Shown: positions 47,469-57,306, counted from the first letter of the stretch. The stretch: DNA of 64,000 nucleotides from Bacteroidaceae bacterium (GCA_045645225.1 JAZRII010000010.1:19392-83391), one strand, 5' to 3'. Notes: generated from the sequence alone by a model not told the origin. A program made the numbers and translations.

Positions 47469-48734
47469 CTACCTCTTGTTCATGATGGAGTTTGTCACTG
47501 TTACGGAACTTACCAGTTTGCCCGTGGAAGTGAATATCTGCACGTTCCACACATGGCTGGAACGGCCCAGATGTACAGGGGTGGCTACACCGCGTACGGT
47601 ATCTCCGTCGTGGGCGCTGGATACGTGGTTGCCCGATACCTGCATGCCCACCGCCATTTCACCCGGTTTGCATGCTATCATGCTGCCAAGACCAGCCAGT
47701 GTTTCTGCCAGGGCCAGCGAGGCTCCGCCAGCCAGGATGCCGAAGGGTTGGCGTGTCCTGCCATCCACAGGCATGGTGGCCTCCACACGGTGCGGGCTGG
47801 CAAAGGTGTATTGCATGCCCAGAGCACCCATCAGTGTGTTCTTGTTCTGGGCGTTCAGTACGTCGACAGGAACCTCCTGGTCGTCTTCCGGTTTTTCCTG
47901 TTCTTCCTCGAAGGCACGTTCTATTGCAATGGCAGCACCATCCTCGTCATTGGTAAGTGTGGTGTAGTCGGCACAACGCTTCACCTCCTCAGGAGCATTG
48001 CCCATAGCAATGCCCATACCAGCCATCTGCAGCATATTGATGTCTGCACGTCCGTCGCCGAAGGCAAGAACCTCCTTCATGCTGATGCCCAGTTTCTGTA
48101 CCAGGGCGCTCATGGCATGGCTCTTGCCCACCTGGTAGCCTACGATCTCCAGGTAGTAGGGGTTGGAGTGTATGGTATCCATCACACCGTTCAGGTGGCG
48201 TTGCAGATGTTCCTCCATACCCAACAGGACCTGTTCGTCCTCGTTCACGAAGATTACCTCTGTAGGCCAGGCATCCTTGTCGTCTGCCAAGTGCTCCATG
48301 GCTGCAGATATGCTGTCCACATGGCGCAGTGCCATATTGTTCATCTGTGCTTCGTCCACTATGCGGTGGTTCGTTGTATCAGTTGCCACAACCTCGTCCC
48401 CCTCATAGTAAGCCAGGGCGCATCCGCAGCGCTCAGCCTGTTTTTCCAGGTAGGGGATCATCTTCGGGTCAATGGTCCTTTCAAAGATAACCTTGCCGGT
48501 ACTTGCTTCCAGCACCTTGGCACCATTGTAGCTGATGATGAAGCCGTCGTTGAAATCCAGGTCTATGGCCTTGGCAAAGGGCAGTACGCCATATGTGGGT
48601 CGTCCTGTGGCCAAGGCTATACGCACTCCATTCTGCTGTACCTTCTTCAGGATCTTAATGGTGCGTTCACTCATTTCGCGATTGCTGTTCAGCAATGTGC
48701 CGTCAACGTCAAGGACAAGAAGTTTTATATCCAT
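47469..48734 (-). CDS. Fusion protein: Cof-type HAD phosphatase (N) + PaaI/hotdog-fold thioesterase (C)
   Basis: LVLDVDGTLLN (DxD), GDGRADINM; C-terminal hotdog region GGASLALAETLAGLGS ... HLGRSSHVWNVQI. Confidence 0.85.
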   Translation of the reverse strand: MDIKLLVLDVDGTLLNSNREMSERTIKILKKVQQNGVRIALATGRPTYGVLPFAKAIDLDFNDGFIISYNGAKVLEASTGKVIFERTIDPKMIPYLEKQAERCGCALAYYEGDEVVATDTTNHRIVDEAQMNNMALRHVDSISAAMEHLADDKDAWPTEVIFVNEDEQVLLGMEEHLQRHLNGVMDTIHSNPYYLEIVGYQVGKSHAMSALVQKLGISMKEVLAFGDGRADINMLQMAGMGIAMGNAPEEVKRCADYTTLTNDEDGAAIAIERAFEEEQEKPEDDQEVPVDVLNAQNKNTLMGALGMQYTFASPHRVEATMPVDGRTRQPFGILAGGASLALAETLAGLGSMIACKPGEMAVGMQVSGNHVSSAHDGDTVRGVATPVHLGRSSHVWNVQIFTSTGKLVSSVTVTNSIMNKR

Positions 48735-48821
48735 AGTCTTAATGTTACCGTGTTTTTACACCCACAAAGATATATAAAAAATCAATATCTTGTGTGTTAT
48801 GCCTTATGCATTTAATTATTT

Positions 48822-50252
48822 TTAAGCCTCCTCGGTTTGTTCCTCTGGCCAGTTTACCAGAAACACGTGCCCAGTAGCACGGGTTATGGCAGTGTACAGC
48901 CATCTTATATAGTCCTCGCACAGCATGTCCTCTGTTATGTATCCCTGGTCTATGTACACGTCCTCCCATTGCCCGCCCTGCGCTTTATGGCAGGTGATGG
49001 CATAGGCATATTTTATCTGCAGGGCGCCGTAGTGCTTGTCTTCCTTGACCGCCTTGAACAGGTCGCGCTTGTTTCTTAGTTCCGGGTAGTCTTCGCATAC
49101 TTTCAGGAAGAGCGTCTGCTGCTGTTCCTTGCTCAGGGCAGGTGCTTCGGAGTGCAGGGTGTCCAGCAGAACCACTGTGTCCAGTTCTGTGATGACGCTG
49201 TTCTCACTGCTCTCGTCTGCGGGGTGGTCGCTGCGGTCGATAAGTTTCAGCGAGGCATCGGCAAAGCGGAATCCATACAGTTCCCGCTCGTTGCGGATGC
49301 GTTGTATCACAGCCATTTCTCCGTTGGCTATCAGGTCCTTTCCGTTCAGATACTTGTTCTTCGCCACCATCACCATGTCGCCTCCTCCCAGTTCGCATTC
49401 ATAGTCAAGGATTCGGTTGCGTATGCCCATATTGTAGATGTTGGCACGCTTGTTACTGCGTGTTATCACTATGGTGCCTTCTTTTCCGCATCTGCGGTAG
49501 CTTTGCTCCAGTGCCTCTATAAGTTCATTGCCAGGCACTATGTGCACGTCAGGAAATGATGTCCTAATCTTGGGCAGTTCGTATCCTTCCTTCAGGCATT
49601 CTCTCAACCGTGTGGCATTCCACAGTATGCCCGACTCGTTCATCTGCCTCACCACCTGTGTCAGTTCCACCTCCAACACGTCCAGACCGTACCCTCCCAG
49701 TTCTGTGGCCTCCAGGGCAGGGGAGAGCACTTCCCCCACTGGAGGCAGCTGGGCGGTGTCGCCTATCAGTATGAGCCGGCATCCCTGGCAGGAGTATACG
49801 TAATGCACCAGGTCGTCCAGCAGCCTGCCGTCGCCAAAGACGCTGCCGCTCAGGCCTTCATTTGCAATCATTGAAGCCTCGTCCACGATGTACAGGGTAT
49901 GCTCCTTCAGGTTGGGCGCCGCCGTAAACCGTTCTTCTCCAAACGTCTTTTGCCGGTATATCTGTCTGTGTATGGTTCCTGCGCTTGTCTCGGCATATCC
50001 GCCCATTACCTTGGCGGCTCTTCCGGTTGGTGCCAGCAGGACCACGCGCTGCTTCAGCATCTTCATCGTGCGTACCAGGGCACCTACCAGCGAGGTCTTT
50101 CCCGTACCGGCATATCCCTTCAGCAGGAATATGCAGTCATCGTTTCTGTTAAGCAGGAAACGGCACCACAAATCTATCACATATTCCTGTTCTTTGGTGG
50201 GTATATGCTGGAAGTTGCCCCTAATCAGTGCCCCTAAATCCTCACTTATCAT
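48822..50252 (-). CDS. RecD-like SF1 DNA helicase
   Basis: Walker A GYAGTGKTS, Walker B IVDEASM, C-terminal ITCHKAQGGQW motif. Confidence 0.87.
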   Translation of the reverse strand: MISEDLGALIRGNFQHIPTKEQEYVIDLWCRFLLNRNDDCIFLLKGYAGTGKTSLVGALVRTMKMLKQRVVLLAPTGRAAKVMGGYAETSAGTIHRQIYRQKTFGEERFTAAPNLKEHTLYIVDEASMIANEGLSGSVFGDGRLLDDLVHYVYSCQGCRLILIGDTAQLPPVGEVLSPALEATELGGYGLDVLEVELTQVVRQMNESGILWNATRLRECLKEGYELPKIRTSFPDVHIVPGNELIEALEQSYRRCGKEGTIVITRSNKRANIYNMGIRNRILDYECELGGGDMVMVAKNKYLNGKDLIANGEMAVIQRIRNERELYGFRFADASLKLIDRSDHPADESSENSVITELDTVVLLDTLHSEAPALSKEQQQTLFLKVCEDYPELRNKRDLFKAVKEDKHYGALQIKYAYAITCHKAQGGQWEDVYIDQGYITEDMLCEDYIRWLYTAITRATGHVFLVNWPEEQTEEA

Positions 50253-50304
50253 ACAAGTTTGATAAAAAAAAGAGTGAAAATGCCTTTAGTTGGATTCTTT
50301 TTAT

Positions 50305-50312
50305 TAACTTTG
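50305..50312 (+). promoter_or_regulatory. -7 box TAACTTTG
   Basis: 38 nt upstream of ATG 50350. Confidence 0.5.
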
Positions 50313-50349
50313 CCATGCGAATGTACAAAAAATAAATGAAATAACAGAC

Positions 50350-51042
50350 ATGAAAAAGGTAATTAATGCAGTTTTGACTGTATGCGTATTGCTCCTCGCC
50401 ATCATTTGTTGGCGTAGCATTCAGGACGACATCAACTTTGACAGAGATGTCGCGTATCGTGAGGCAAAGGTAAAGGCTCGTCTTCTTCAGATCAAGGATG
50501 CAGAAGAGGCTTACAAGCAGCAGAATCCCGAGGGTGCATATTGTGCCGACTGGAATGTGCTCACCGATTTCGTGAAGAACGGTAAGTTGCCCATCATCAT
50601 TAAGGAAGGTGTCCTGAGTGATGAGCAGATGGAGAAAGGCCTGACAGAGTCTAAGGCTGCAGAGATTATCAACAGTGGCGATGCAAAGAAGATTGCTGAG
50701 TTCAAACTGGAAGGTTTCCGTCGTGATACCGTTTGGGTGTCATTGAAGGACAGCCTCTACAAGGGTCAGAACCTCAACATCGACTCTATGCGCTACATTC
50801 CTTTCTCAGAGGGTGACACCTTCGAGATTATCGCCTGCCCCAACACTACCAAGAGCGGTGCTATCATCCAGGTTATGGAGTGTAATGCCTCTATTGCAAG
50901 CTACCTGAAGGGTATGGGCAAGCTTGGTGACAGAATGATCAAGAACAAGACCATCGAGTCAGAAGAGATGGGCCGCTATGCCGGTCTGAAGATCGGTGAG
51001 GCTGGTGACGGTTGGAATAACAATGCCGGTAACTGGGAATAA
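50350..51042 (+). CDS. Membrane-anchored hypothetical protein
   Basis: 230 aa, N-terminal TM/signal anchor VINAVLTVCVLLLAIICW; coding-like composition. Confidence 0.7.
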   Translation: MKKVINAVLTVCVLLLAIICWRSIQDDINFDRDVAYREAKVKARLLQIKDAEEAYKQQNPEGAYCADWNVLTDFVKNGKLPIIIKEGVLSDEQMEKGLTESKAAEIINSGDAKKIAEFKLEGFRRDTVWVSLKDSLYKGQNLNIDSMRYIPFSEGDTFEIIACPNTTKSGAIIQVMECNASIASYLKGMGKLGDRMIKNKTIESEEMGRYAGLKIGEAGDGWNNNAGNWE

Positions 51043-51763
51043 ATCATTATTGAACTATAGTCTATCCATCCGTCTTTGTACGGATGGATTTTCTTTTCTT
51101 GTACACAGCCTTGGCTCTGGCCAGTTGCTGTTGCAGGAAAACTTGCGTTGTACCCAGGACGAAAGCATGGCAGAGGCATTGGAGCGCGGACTCCTGTTGC
51201 CCCGTGTCCGTGGCAGACAGTACGAGAGGGTAATTCTGTATTCCTCTTCTCCCAGTACGCGTGTCCCTCTGGATGAGTTCCGCAGAGAGGATATGTTGGC
51301 TGTATATCGTCTCACCTTCAGTGGTATTTCGCCTCGTCCCGAGGATATGTGCTTTCAGGTGTTGCCTTCGCTGGATGTAGTGGAGATATTCACACTGCAT
51401 CCTTCCATTGTCGACACACTTAAGAACCATTATCCCAGTGCCATGGTGCAGGGGCTGTATGGCACTATGCTCTCGCAGGTTGCCGAGATGCAGCAGGGCA
51501 GCACGCTTTCAGTCAGTTGTCACGTCATCATTGTCGACGGCGGAGTCATGATTGCAGTTCTCAGGCGTGGACACTTGCATTTTGCCAACGTCTTCTGCGC
51601 AGCAGGCAATGCCGATAAGCTCTATTTCATACTATATGTGTGGAAAACGCTCTCTCTGGATGCGTGGCATGATTCCTGCACGCTCTATGGGGCAGACGAG
51701 GATCTGTACAACGAAGTGTGCCAGTACCTTGCCCATGTAGACATGCGCGAACTTAATATTTAG
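51023..51763 (+). CDS. DUF3822-like protein
   Basis: Track start at 50996 is GTG. ATG 51023 overlaps the upstream gene by 20 nt; TTG 51050 is a non-overlapping alternative. N-terminus YSLSIRLCTDGFSF resembles the family (from memory). Confidence 0.68.
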   Translation: MPVTGNKSLLNYSLSIRLCTDGFSFLVHSLGSGQLLLQENLRCTQDESMAEALERGLLLPRVRGRQYERVILYSSSPSTRVPLDEFRREDMLAVYRLTFSGISPRPEDMCFQVLPSLDVVEIFTLHPSIVDTLKNHYPSAMVQGLYGTMLSQVAEMQQGSTLSVSCHVIIVDGGVMIAVLRRGHLHFANVFCAAGNADKLYFILYVWKTLSLDAWHDSCTLYGADEDLYNEVCQYLAHVDMRELNI

Positions 51764-51816
51764 AGTACAGAGTGCAGAGTAGGGATCTGCTCTCCGGTCA
51801 GCAATATTAGTCAGCT

Positions 51817-51829
51817 CTGAACAGGGGAC
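51817..51829 (+). repeat. Eroded fragment of the core repeat
   Basis: CTGAACAGGGGAC (compare CTGAGACAGGGGCGAC), surrounded by CAGAGT and GTTAATCG/GTTAAAC stutters (51765-51925). Confidence 0.4.
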
Positions 51830-51927
51830 TAAACGTTAATCGCTCATCCGTTAATCGTTATTCGCAAGCTCATCAAGCTACGCAAGTCAACGTTAAACTT
51901 TCCCCACTTACCGTTAAACTTTTATAT

Positions 51928-52461
51928 ATGCGTGTAATAACAGGTAAATACAAGGGACGTCATTTCGATATTCCCCGTACATTCAAGGCACGTCCCACTA
52001 CCGACTTTGCCAAGGAGAATCTCTTCAACGTACTTAATTCCTATATTGACTGGGAAGAGGACCCCGTTGCCCTTGACCTGTTTGCAGGAACTGGCAGCAT
52101 CACTCTTGAATTGCTTTCCCGTGGATGTTCCCGTGTCATAAGCATAGAGAAGGATCCTCTGCATTTCAGGTTCATCAAGGAGTTTATAGACAAGCTGCAG
52201 GACCTTTCTGCCATCCCCATTAAAGGCGATGTCTTCAAGTACATCAGTCAGTGCAGGGAGCAGTTCGACTTTATCTTTGCAGACCCTCCCTATGTATTGA
52301 AGGAAATCCCCGAACTTCCCGACATGATACTCGAACGTAATCTTTTGCGCGAGGGCGGTCTCCTGGTTCTCGAGCATGGCAAGGACCACGACTTCACCCA
52401 TCATCCCCGTTTCGTTGAGCACCGCCATTACGGCAGTGTCAACTTCTCCTTCTTTCAGTAA
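51928..52461 (+). CDS. rsmD: 16S rRNA (guanine966-N2)-methyltransferase
   Basis: LDLFAGTGS SAM motif, FADPPY catalytic motif. Confidence 0.88.
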   Translation: MRVITGKYKGRHFDIPRTFKARPTTDFAKENLFNVLNSYIDWEEDPVALDLFAGTGSITLELLSRGCSRVISIEKDPLHFRFIKEFIDKLQDLSAIPIKGDVFKYISQCREQFDFIFADPPYVLKEIPELPDMILERNLLREGGLLVLEHGKDHDFTHHPRFVEHRHYGSVNFSFFQ

Positions 52462-52479
52462 TATTTGTCGGTTTGGGAT

Positions 52480-52526
52480 AAAAGCAATTCAGCCACATGG
52501 AACGACCATGTGGCTGAATTGCTTTT
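52480..52526. terminator. Bidirectional hairpin terminator
   Basis: Perfect 21-bp stem AAAAGCAATTCAGCCACATGG / CCATGTGGCTGAATTGCTTTT, 5-nt loop, between convergent genes. Confidence 0.85.
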
Positions 52527-52562
52527 GTATCTGATTGTCTGTAGTGCGACAGTATTTGTTTC

Positions 52563-55500
52563 TTACCAGGGGCGCATGCCACCGCCGCCACGACCGACGT
52601 GGTAGCCGCCACCGCCGCCAAATCCGCCTCCGCGGCCGTTGTTGCGTGCCTCCTTGCCGCCAAGCAGGTTCAGACGGTACGACACTCGGAACATCACGTA
52701 TGAATATATGGCATTTGTGTGCGAGTCTGTTCGTGATGTTGCAGAGATAGAGCGTGATATGTTGCTGCGCTCGCCCAGGATGTCATACCAGTGCGCACTG
52801 ACGATGAGGTTCTTCTTCTTCAGGAAGGCATGCTGCAGACTGGCGTTCCAAATCAGTTCTGTTGTGTTCATGCTTGCATCGGCGTAGCCGCGTCGGTAGT
52901 TGGGGCCTATGTCGGAACGTAGCGTCGTACCCCAAGGTGCGGTGATGGTGAAGTTACCACCGTAGTTGAAGTTCCACGAGTCCATGTTGGCCCTGGTGTT
53001 GTCCTCATTGCGGGCATGCTGGTAGTTGAAACTGCCGTTCACACCCACCTCGATAGAACCAGTCTCGCCCCATTCCGTGCGGTAGTTGAACCTCAGGTTC
53101 GAACCCACGCCAAGACTTTTTGTAGTGGCCTTGTTGAGCTGGCCGTTTGCAAGGGCATTCCTGAACAGTGCCTGCATGTCTTCCACTGTCTCTGGTGTTT
53201 CCAGTCCGTTGATAGCCGATGAGATATAGCCCACATTGTTGGAGTAGCGGATGTTGGAGTGCAGGTTCATGGAGAAGTGCTTCGCTGTATCCAGTGCAGT
53301 GTTGAAGCCTATGTTGGCAGATGTGTTCCAGTTGCCGTCTATGTTCATGGGGCGGCTGTATCTGTTACCTGTCTCTGCATCGTAGATTGTGGCAGACGAT
53401 ACGGAACGGTCGGTGGTCGAGTACGAAGCGCCTGCCGACCAGTTCATGTGCTGCTCCGTGTACGAACCGTTATAGTTCATGTTCACGTTGTTTGTCCAGC
53501 TGCTCTCCAGACCGGCATTACCCATGCTCACATACTGTGGGTTGCTGTTGTCCATCACCTCAATCAGGCTGGTCATGCTGGGCTGCGACATGCGGCCGTT
53601 GTAGCGGAACTGCAACTGGCTGCCCTTGTTTATCTTCCAGCGGGCATGTATTCTTGGTGCCCAGTTGAATATGTTGCGCACAATGGTCGTGTCAATGTGG
53701 TTCTTCTCATAGTCCATGTGTGTGGTCTGGGGCTGGAAGGATGCACCGAAGTTGAAACGCAGTTCCTGCTCGTTCTCAAACTTGCGTGTATAGCGCAGCA
53801 GGAGCTGTGCGTCGTGGTTGTACTCGTTGTATGTGGCATACTGCGAGTTCTCCCTGTTCAGCAGCCAGTTCAGCGTGTCCAGTCCGGGGATGTATCCCAT
53901 GTAGAGCTGCTCTGCAGTCAATGGCATGTAGCCGGAGATTTCGGGATGCTCGTCCAGCAGCTTGTGCAGGTCATACATGGAACGGTCGCTGTCCGAGAAG
54001 CGGTACTGGAACTGGTAGCTTCCCTGCAGGTTCATGTGCTCGGTCAGGGGTTCGGTGTAGCTCAGGCGTGTGTTGATGTTCCAGTTGGTGCTCGGACTCT
54101 CGTTGAAGCGGTTGGTGTAGGTTCTGGAATCCGTCTTGTAGTACTTGATGTCGGATATGTTCCACGACTCGCTTCCCGAGTTGGAGTAGTTGCCGTTCAG
54201 GTTCAGTGTTATGTTTCTTCCGGGCTTGCCCAGGCGGCGGTTTATCTGGAACCATCCGTTAGCGTTGTTCGAGGCGTTGCGCGACATGCTGTTGTTCACG
54301 TTGCTGTTCACCAGGATGTCCTCATATACCTGATGGTCGTTCACGCCGTCGTTGTCGGTATCTGTTGAGTCGTTGAACTCTGCCAAGGGCTGTTCCATGC
54401 CGGCTTCGTACGGGTCGTCATCAAAGGTTACAGAAGCACTGTGTGAGTTCGATCTGCCCTCCGAGTGCGAGTATGATGGGCGGAAGATTATGTTTGTCAT
54501 TGAGTCGGGCATCCATTCCACGAACAAGTCTGTGTTGAATCCCCAGTTCAGGCTCTCGCTCGAGCTCATTGAGTTGCTCCAGGTACTGCTGGCTCCTAAC
54601 AGGAAGGTCTCCGAGTTGCTTCTTGAGTAGTTCTCGCGGAAGGAACGGTTTGCCCTCACGCTGCCGCCCAGTTTCAGCAGACCAGCCTCGTATGGGCGCT
54701 TGCCGTTTTCCCATGCCACGTTCAGGCCCCCCATCTGGTTCGACACGATGCCTCCGCCGTTGCTTGAGTTGTCGGTGTTTGCAAAAAGAGCAAATTGCAG
54801 GTCGTCCAGTATTCTCATCACGTTCAGTCTGCCGGTGTATCTGTCCTGTGTGCCGTAACCGCCTTCCACGGTCACCAGCCAGCCCTCTTTCATGCCCTTC
54901 TTCACGGTCAGGTCCAGTACGGCTTCCTCCTCCCCGTCGTCAATGCCCGTCACGCGGCTGTAGTCGCTCTGTCTGTCATAGGCCTTGATGTTCTTCACCA
55001 TCTTTGTGGGGATGTTCTTCATGGACAGTTTGGTGTCGTTTCCGAAGAACTCCTTGCCGTCTACCATTATCCTCTTGATGGTCTTGCCGTTGTGCGTGAT
55101 GGTACCGTCCTCTGCCACCTCCACGCCAGGCAGTTTCTTTACCAGTTCCTCCAGTACGGCACCTTCGGGCAGGCGGAAGGCATCGGCGTTGAACACGAAC
55201 GTATCCGCCTTCATCTCCACCTGTGCCAGTCTGGCAACTACATGTGCCTGCTGCATCATTATTGCATCCTCAGCCAGGGCAATGGTGCCAAGGTTCTGCT
55301 TCGCCGTCTTCTTGTCAAGATTCAGGTCCTTGGTGTAGGTCTTGAACCCCATGTAGCTTACGCGCAGTATGTACTTGCCGCCTTTCTTGGGCGACAGTGT
55401 GAATGTGCCGGCAGTGGTGGTTGCTGCTCCGGTTACCTGGCTGCTGTCCTTGGCGTTCAGCAGCAGTGCTGTGGCGCCAGGCAGCACCTCTCCGGTACTT

Positions 55501-55607
55501 TGTTCTGTAACTTTACCCGTGATGCTGAATTTCTGTGCCCACGTCTTCATGGGGCATAGCAGTATAGCCAGTACCACCAGGGGTAGGATAATGATACTTC
55601 TGTTCAT
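52563..55607 (-). CDS. Outer-membrane beta-barrel receptor-like protein with N-terminal carboxypeptidase-regulatory-like domain
   Basis: Signal peptide ...MKTWAQ; ITGKVTEQSTGEVLPGATALLLN; long alternating-strand barrel; Gly/Arg-rich tail ending ...GGGGMRPW. Confidence 0.85.
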   Translation of the reverse strand: MNRSIIILPLVVLAILLCPMKTWAQKFSITGKVTEQSTGEVLPGATALLLNAKDSSQVTGAATTTAGTFTLSPKKGGKYILRVSYMGFKTYTKDLNLDKKTAKQNLGTIALAEDAIMMQQAHVVARLAQVEMKADTFVFNADAFRLPEGAVLEELVKKLPGVEVAEDGTITHNGKTIKRIMVDGKEFFGNDTKLSMKNIPTKMVKNIKAYDRQSDYSRVTGIDDGEEEAVLDLTVKKGMKEGWLVTVEGGYGTQDRYTGRLNVMRILDDLQFALFANTDNSSNGGGIVSNQMGGLNVAWENGKRPYEAGLLKLGGSVRANRSFRENYSRSNSETFLLGASSTWSNSMSSSESLNWGFNTDLFVEWMPDSMTNIIFRPSYSHSEGRSNSHSASVTFDDDPYEAGMEQPLAEFNDSTDTDNDGVNDHQVYEDILVNSNVNNSMSRNASNNANGWFQINRRLGKPGRNITLNLNGNYSNSGSESWNISDIKYYKTDSRTYTNRFNESPSTNWNINTRLSYTEPLTEHMNLQGSYQFQYRFSDSDRSMYDLHKLLDEHPEISGYMPLTAEQLYMGYIPGLDTLNWLLNRENSQYATYNEYNHDAQLLLRYTRKFENEQELRFNFGASFQPQTTHMDYEKNHIDTTIVRNIFNWAPRIHARWKINKGSQLQFRYNGRMSQPSMTSLIEVMDNSNPQYVSMGNAGLESSWTNNVNMNYNGSYTEQHMNWSAGASYSTTDRSVSSATIYDAETGNRYSRPMNIDGNWNTSANIGFNTALDTAKHFSMNLHSNIRYSNNVGYISSAINGLETPETVEDMQALFRNALANGQLNKATTKSLGVGSNLRFNYRTEWGETGSIEVGVNGSFNYQHARNEDNTRANMDSWNFNYGGNFTITAPWGTTLRSDIGPNYRRGYADASMNTTELIWNASLQHAFLKKKNLIVSAHWYDILGERSNISRSISATSRTDSHTNAIYSYVMFRVSYRLNLLGGKEARNNGRGGGFGGGGGYHVGRGGGGMRPW

Positions 55608-55730
55608 ATGATGATATTAAAATATGCGCAATATAATATAAGGACACGCGCGCGAGTAAAAGGTTTAAATGCAGCGCATGTTTTTGTGCAGTTTTATGGA
55701 TAGGGTAGAGGTTGTGGTGTTGCTGGCTTT

Positions 55731-55810
55731 ATAGTATTTCTAGTCTATCTAGAATTTCTAGAATTTATAGTCTGTCTAGTATTCCTAGTATTTCTATACA
55801 ATCTATACTC
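55731..55810 (+). repeat. TCTAG/TATTTC-word stutter
   Basis: tagtatttctagtctatctagaatttctagaatttatagtctgtctagtattcctagtatttctatac. Confidence 0.8.
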
Positions 55811-55832
55811 TCTTTACCCTCTCTCCTTTCCT

Positions 55833-56882
55833 TCAGCTCTCCCTATAATAGTCCAGCATCTCCTCTATTTCCTCTATGGATGCTGTCTGATTTATGCGTA
55901 TGTCACCTATGCCTCCCAGCAGGGTGAAGTTGATGTTGCCGCCTTGGTTCTTCTTGTCGTGTGCCATGAAGTCGCACAGCATGTCGTAGTGCTTGCACTC
56001 ATACATGAACTTGCCGTAATGCTCCTTTATGTATGCCTCCATCTGGTGCATCTCCTTGGCAGGGAAACCGCATTTGCGTGCGCTCAGGTACAGTTCCATA
56101 AGCAGTCCCCATGCCACGGCATAACCATGGAGCACGGTTCGTCCTTCCTTCAGTGCCAGACTTTCGATGGCATGCCCGGCAGTGTGCCCCAGGTTCAGCG
56201 CTTTGCGTATGCCTTTCTCCGTAGGGTCTTCTTTCACGATCTGCTCCTTGATGGCCACACTCTTTGCCACCATGCTTTGCAGAACCTCATAGTCAGGGGC
56301 GGATATGTCAAAGCACAGCAGCTCTGCCCAGTTCTCCTTGCTGCTCAGCAAACCGTGCTTCAGCATCTCGGCATAGCCCGAAAGCAGGTTCTCCCTGTCC
56401 AGTGTGCGCAGGAAGGTGCTGTTCAGTATCACGCTGCGGGCACAGTTGAACACTCCTATCTCGTTCTTCAGTCCGCCGAAGTTTATTCCTGTCTTCCCGC
56501 CCACCGAGGCATCAACCTGCGAGAGCAGGGTGGTGGGGATGTTCATGTATGCCATGCCTCTCTTGAAGGTGCTTGCCGCAAAGCCTCCCAGGTCGGTCAC
56601 CATGCCCCCTCCCAGATTCACCATCAGTGAATGGCGTGTTGCACCTCCCTTTTGCAGTGCTGTCCATACGTCCGCCAGCGTTTCCAGAGTCTTTGCCTCG
56701 TCCGTAGGGGGTATCGTTATCATGCCGGCATCCTTCATTGCGGCATAGTCCTGCACCACAGGCCAGCACAGTTCTCTTGTTGTAGTGTCTGTAAGCACGA
56801 ACAGCTTGTCATGCCCCACCTTTCCTATGGCGTCGGTAAGGCTCTGCTCCAGACTGTCGGCTATGATAATATCTTGATTCAC
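55833..56882 (-). CDS. aroB: 3-dehydroquinate synthase
   Basis: GTG start (no nearby in-frame ATG); GGGMVTDLGGFAA nucleotide loop, metal-binding HG..E..H region. Confidence 0.9.
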   Translation of the reverse strand: MNQDIIIADSLEQSLTDAIGKVGHDKLFVLTDTTTRELCWPVVQDYAAMKDAGMITIPPTDEAKTLETLADVWTALQKGGATRHSLMVNLGGGMVTDLGGFAASTFKRGMAYMNIPTTLLSQVDASVGGKTGINFGGLKNEIGVFNCARSVILNSTFLRTLDRENLLSGYAEMLKHGLLSSKENWAELLCFDISAPDYEVLQSMVAKSVAIKEQIVKEDPTEKGIRKALNLGHTAGHAIESLALKEGRTVLHGYAVAWGLLMELYLSARKCGFPAKEMHQMEAYIKEHYGKFMYECKHYDMLCDFMAHDKKNQGGNINFTLLGGIGDIRINQTASIEEIEEMLDYYRES

Positions 56883-56900
56883 TTTCGTCTCGCTTTCTAT

Positions 56901-57095
56901 TGTTTAGTGGGGCGCTGCGCTTTTGTTTAGTGAGGTTGCGTTGCTCCTGTTTAGTGTTTAGTGAGGCGCTTCGCTCGTGTTTAGTGTTTAGTGGGGCGCT
57001 TCGCTCGTGTTTAGTGTTTAGTGAGGCGCTGCGCTTTTGTTTAGTGGGGAGCTACGCTTTTGTTTAGTGAGGCGCTACGCTTTTGTTTAGAGAAC
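56901..57095 (+). repeat. Array of seven 23-30-nt units GTTTAGTG(GTTTAGTG)RGGCGCTNCGCTYKT
   Basis: Units begin near 56901, 56925, 56949, 56979, 57009, 57039, 57062; array ends GTTTAGAGAACTG and abuts core copy c. Confidence 0.85.
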
Positions 57096-57141
57096 TGTCC
57101 CCCTGAGACAGGTGGGACGAGCGTAGCGGAGGGGGTGGATA
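57096..57141 (+). repeat. Core repeat copy c
   Basis: TGTCCCCCTGAGACAGGTGGGACGAGCGTAGCGGAGGGGGTGGATA, followed by the inverted GTTTAG words (AACTCTAAACTCTAAACCCTAAAC). Confidence 0.9.
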
Positions 57142-57306
57142 TAACTCTAAACTCTAAACCCTAAACAATCCTCGTTTTCGTCCTCGTCTTAATCCGACTC
57201 CGTCGTCTTGAATCTGCTCACGCTCGGCATAGTTTAAGCAAGCTTAACTCTGCTCTCGCTTACTCGCAGTTTTCGTCCTCGTTCAACTTTCAACCTTAAA
57301 CGTTAT

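Noticed and set aside
56901-57095. CRISPR array hypothesis for the 23-31-nt unit arrays (also 62745-62973)
   Set aside because: The units are contiguous with no unique spacers. The period is too short and irregular, no cas genes are in the window, and both arrays end in the same core element.
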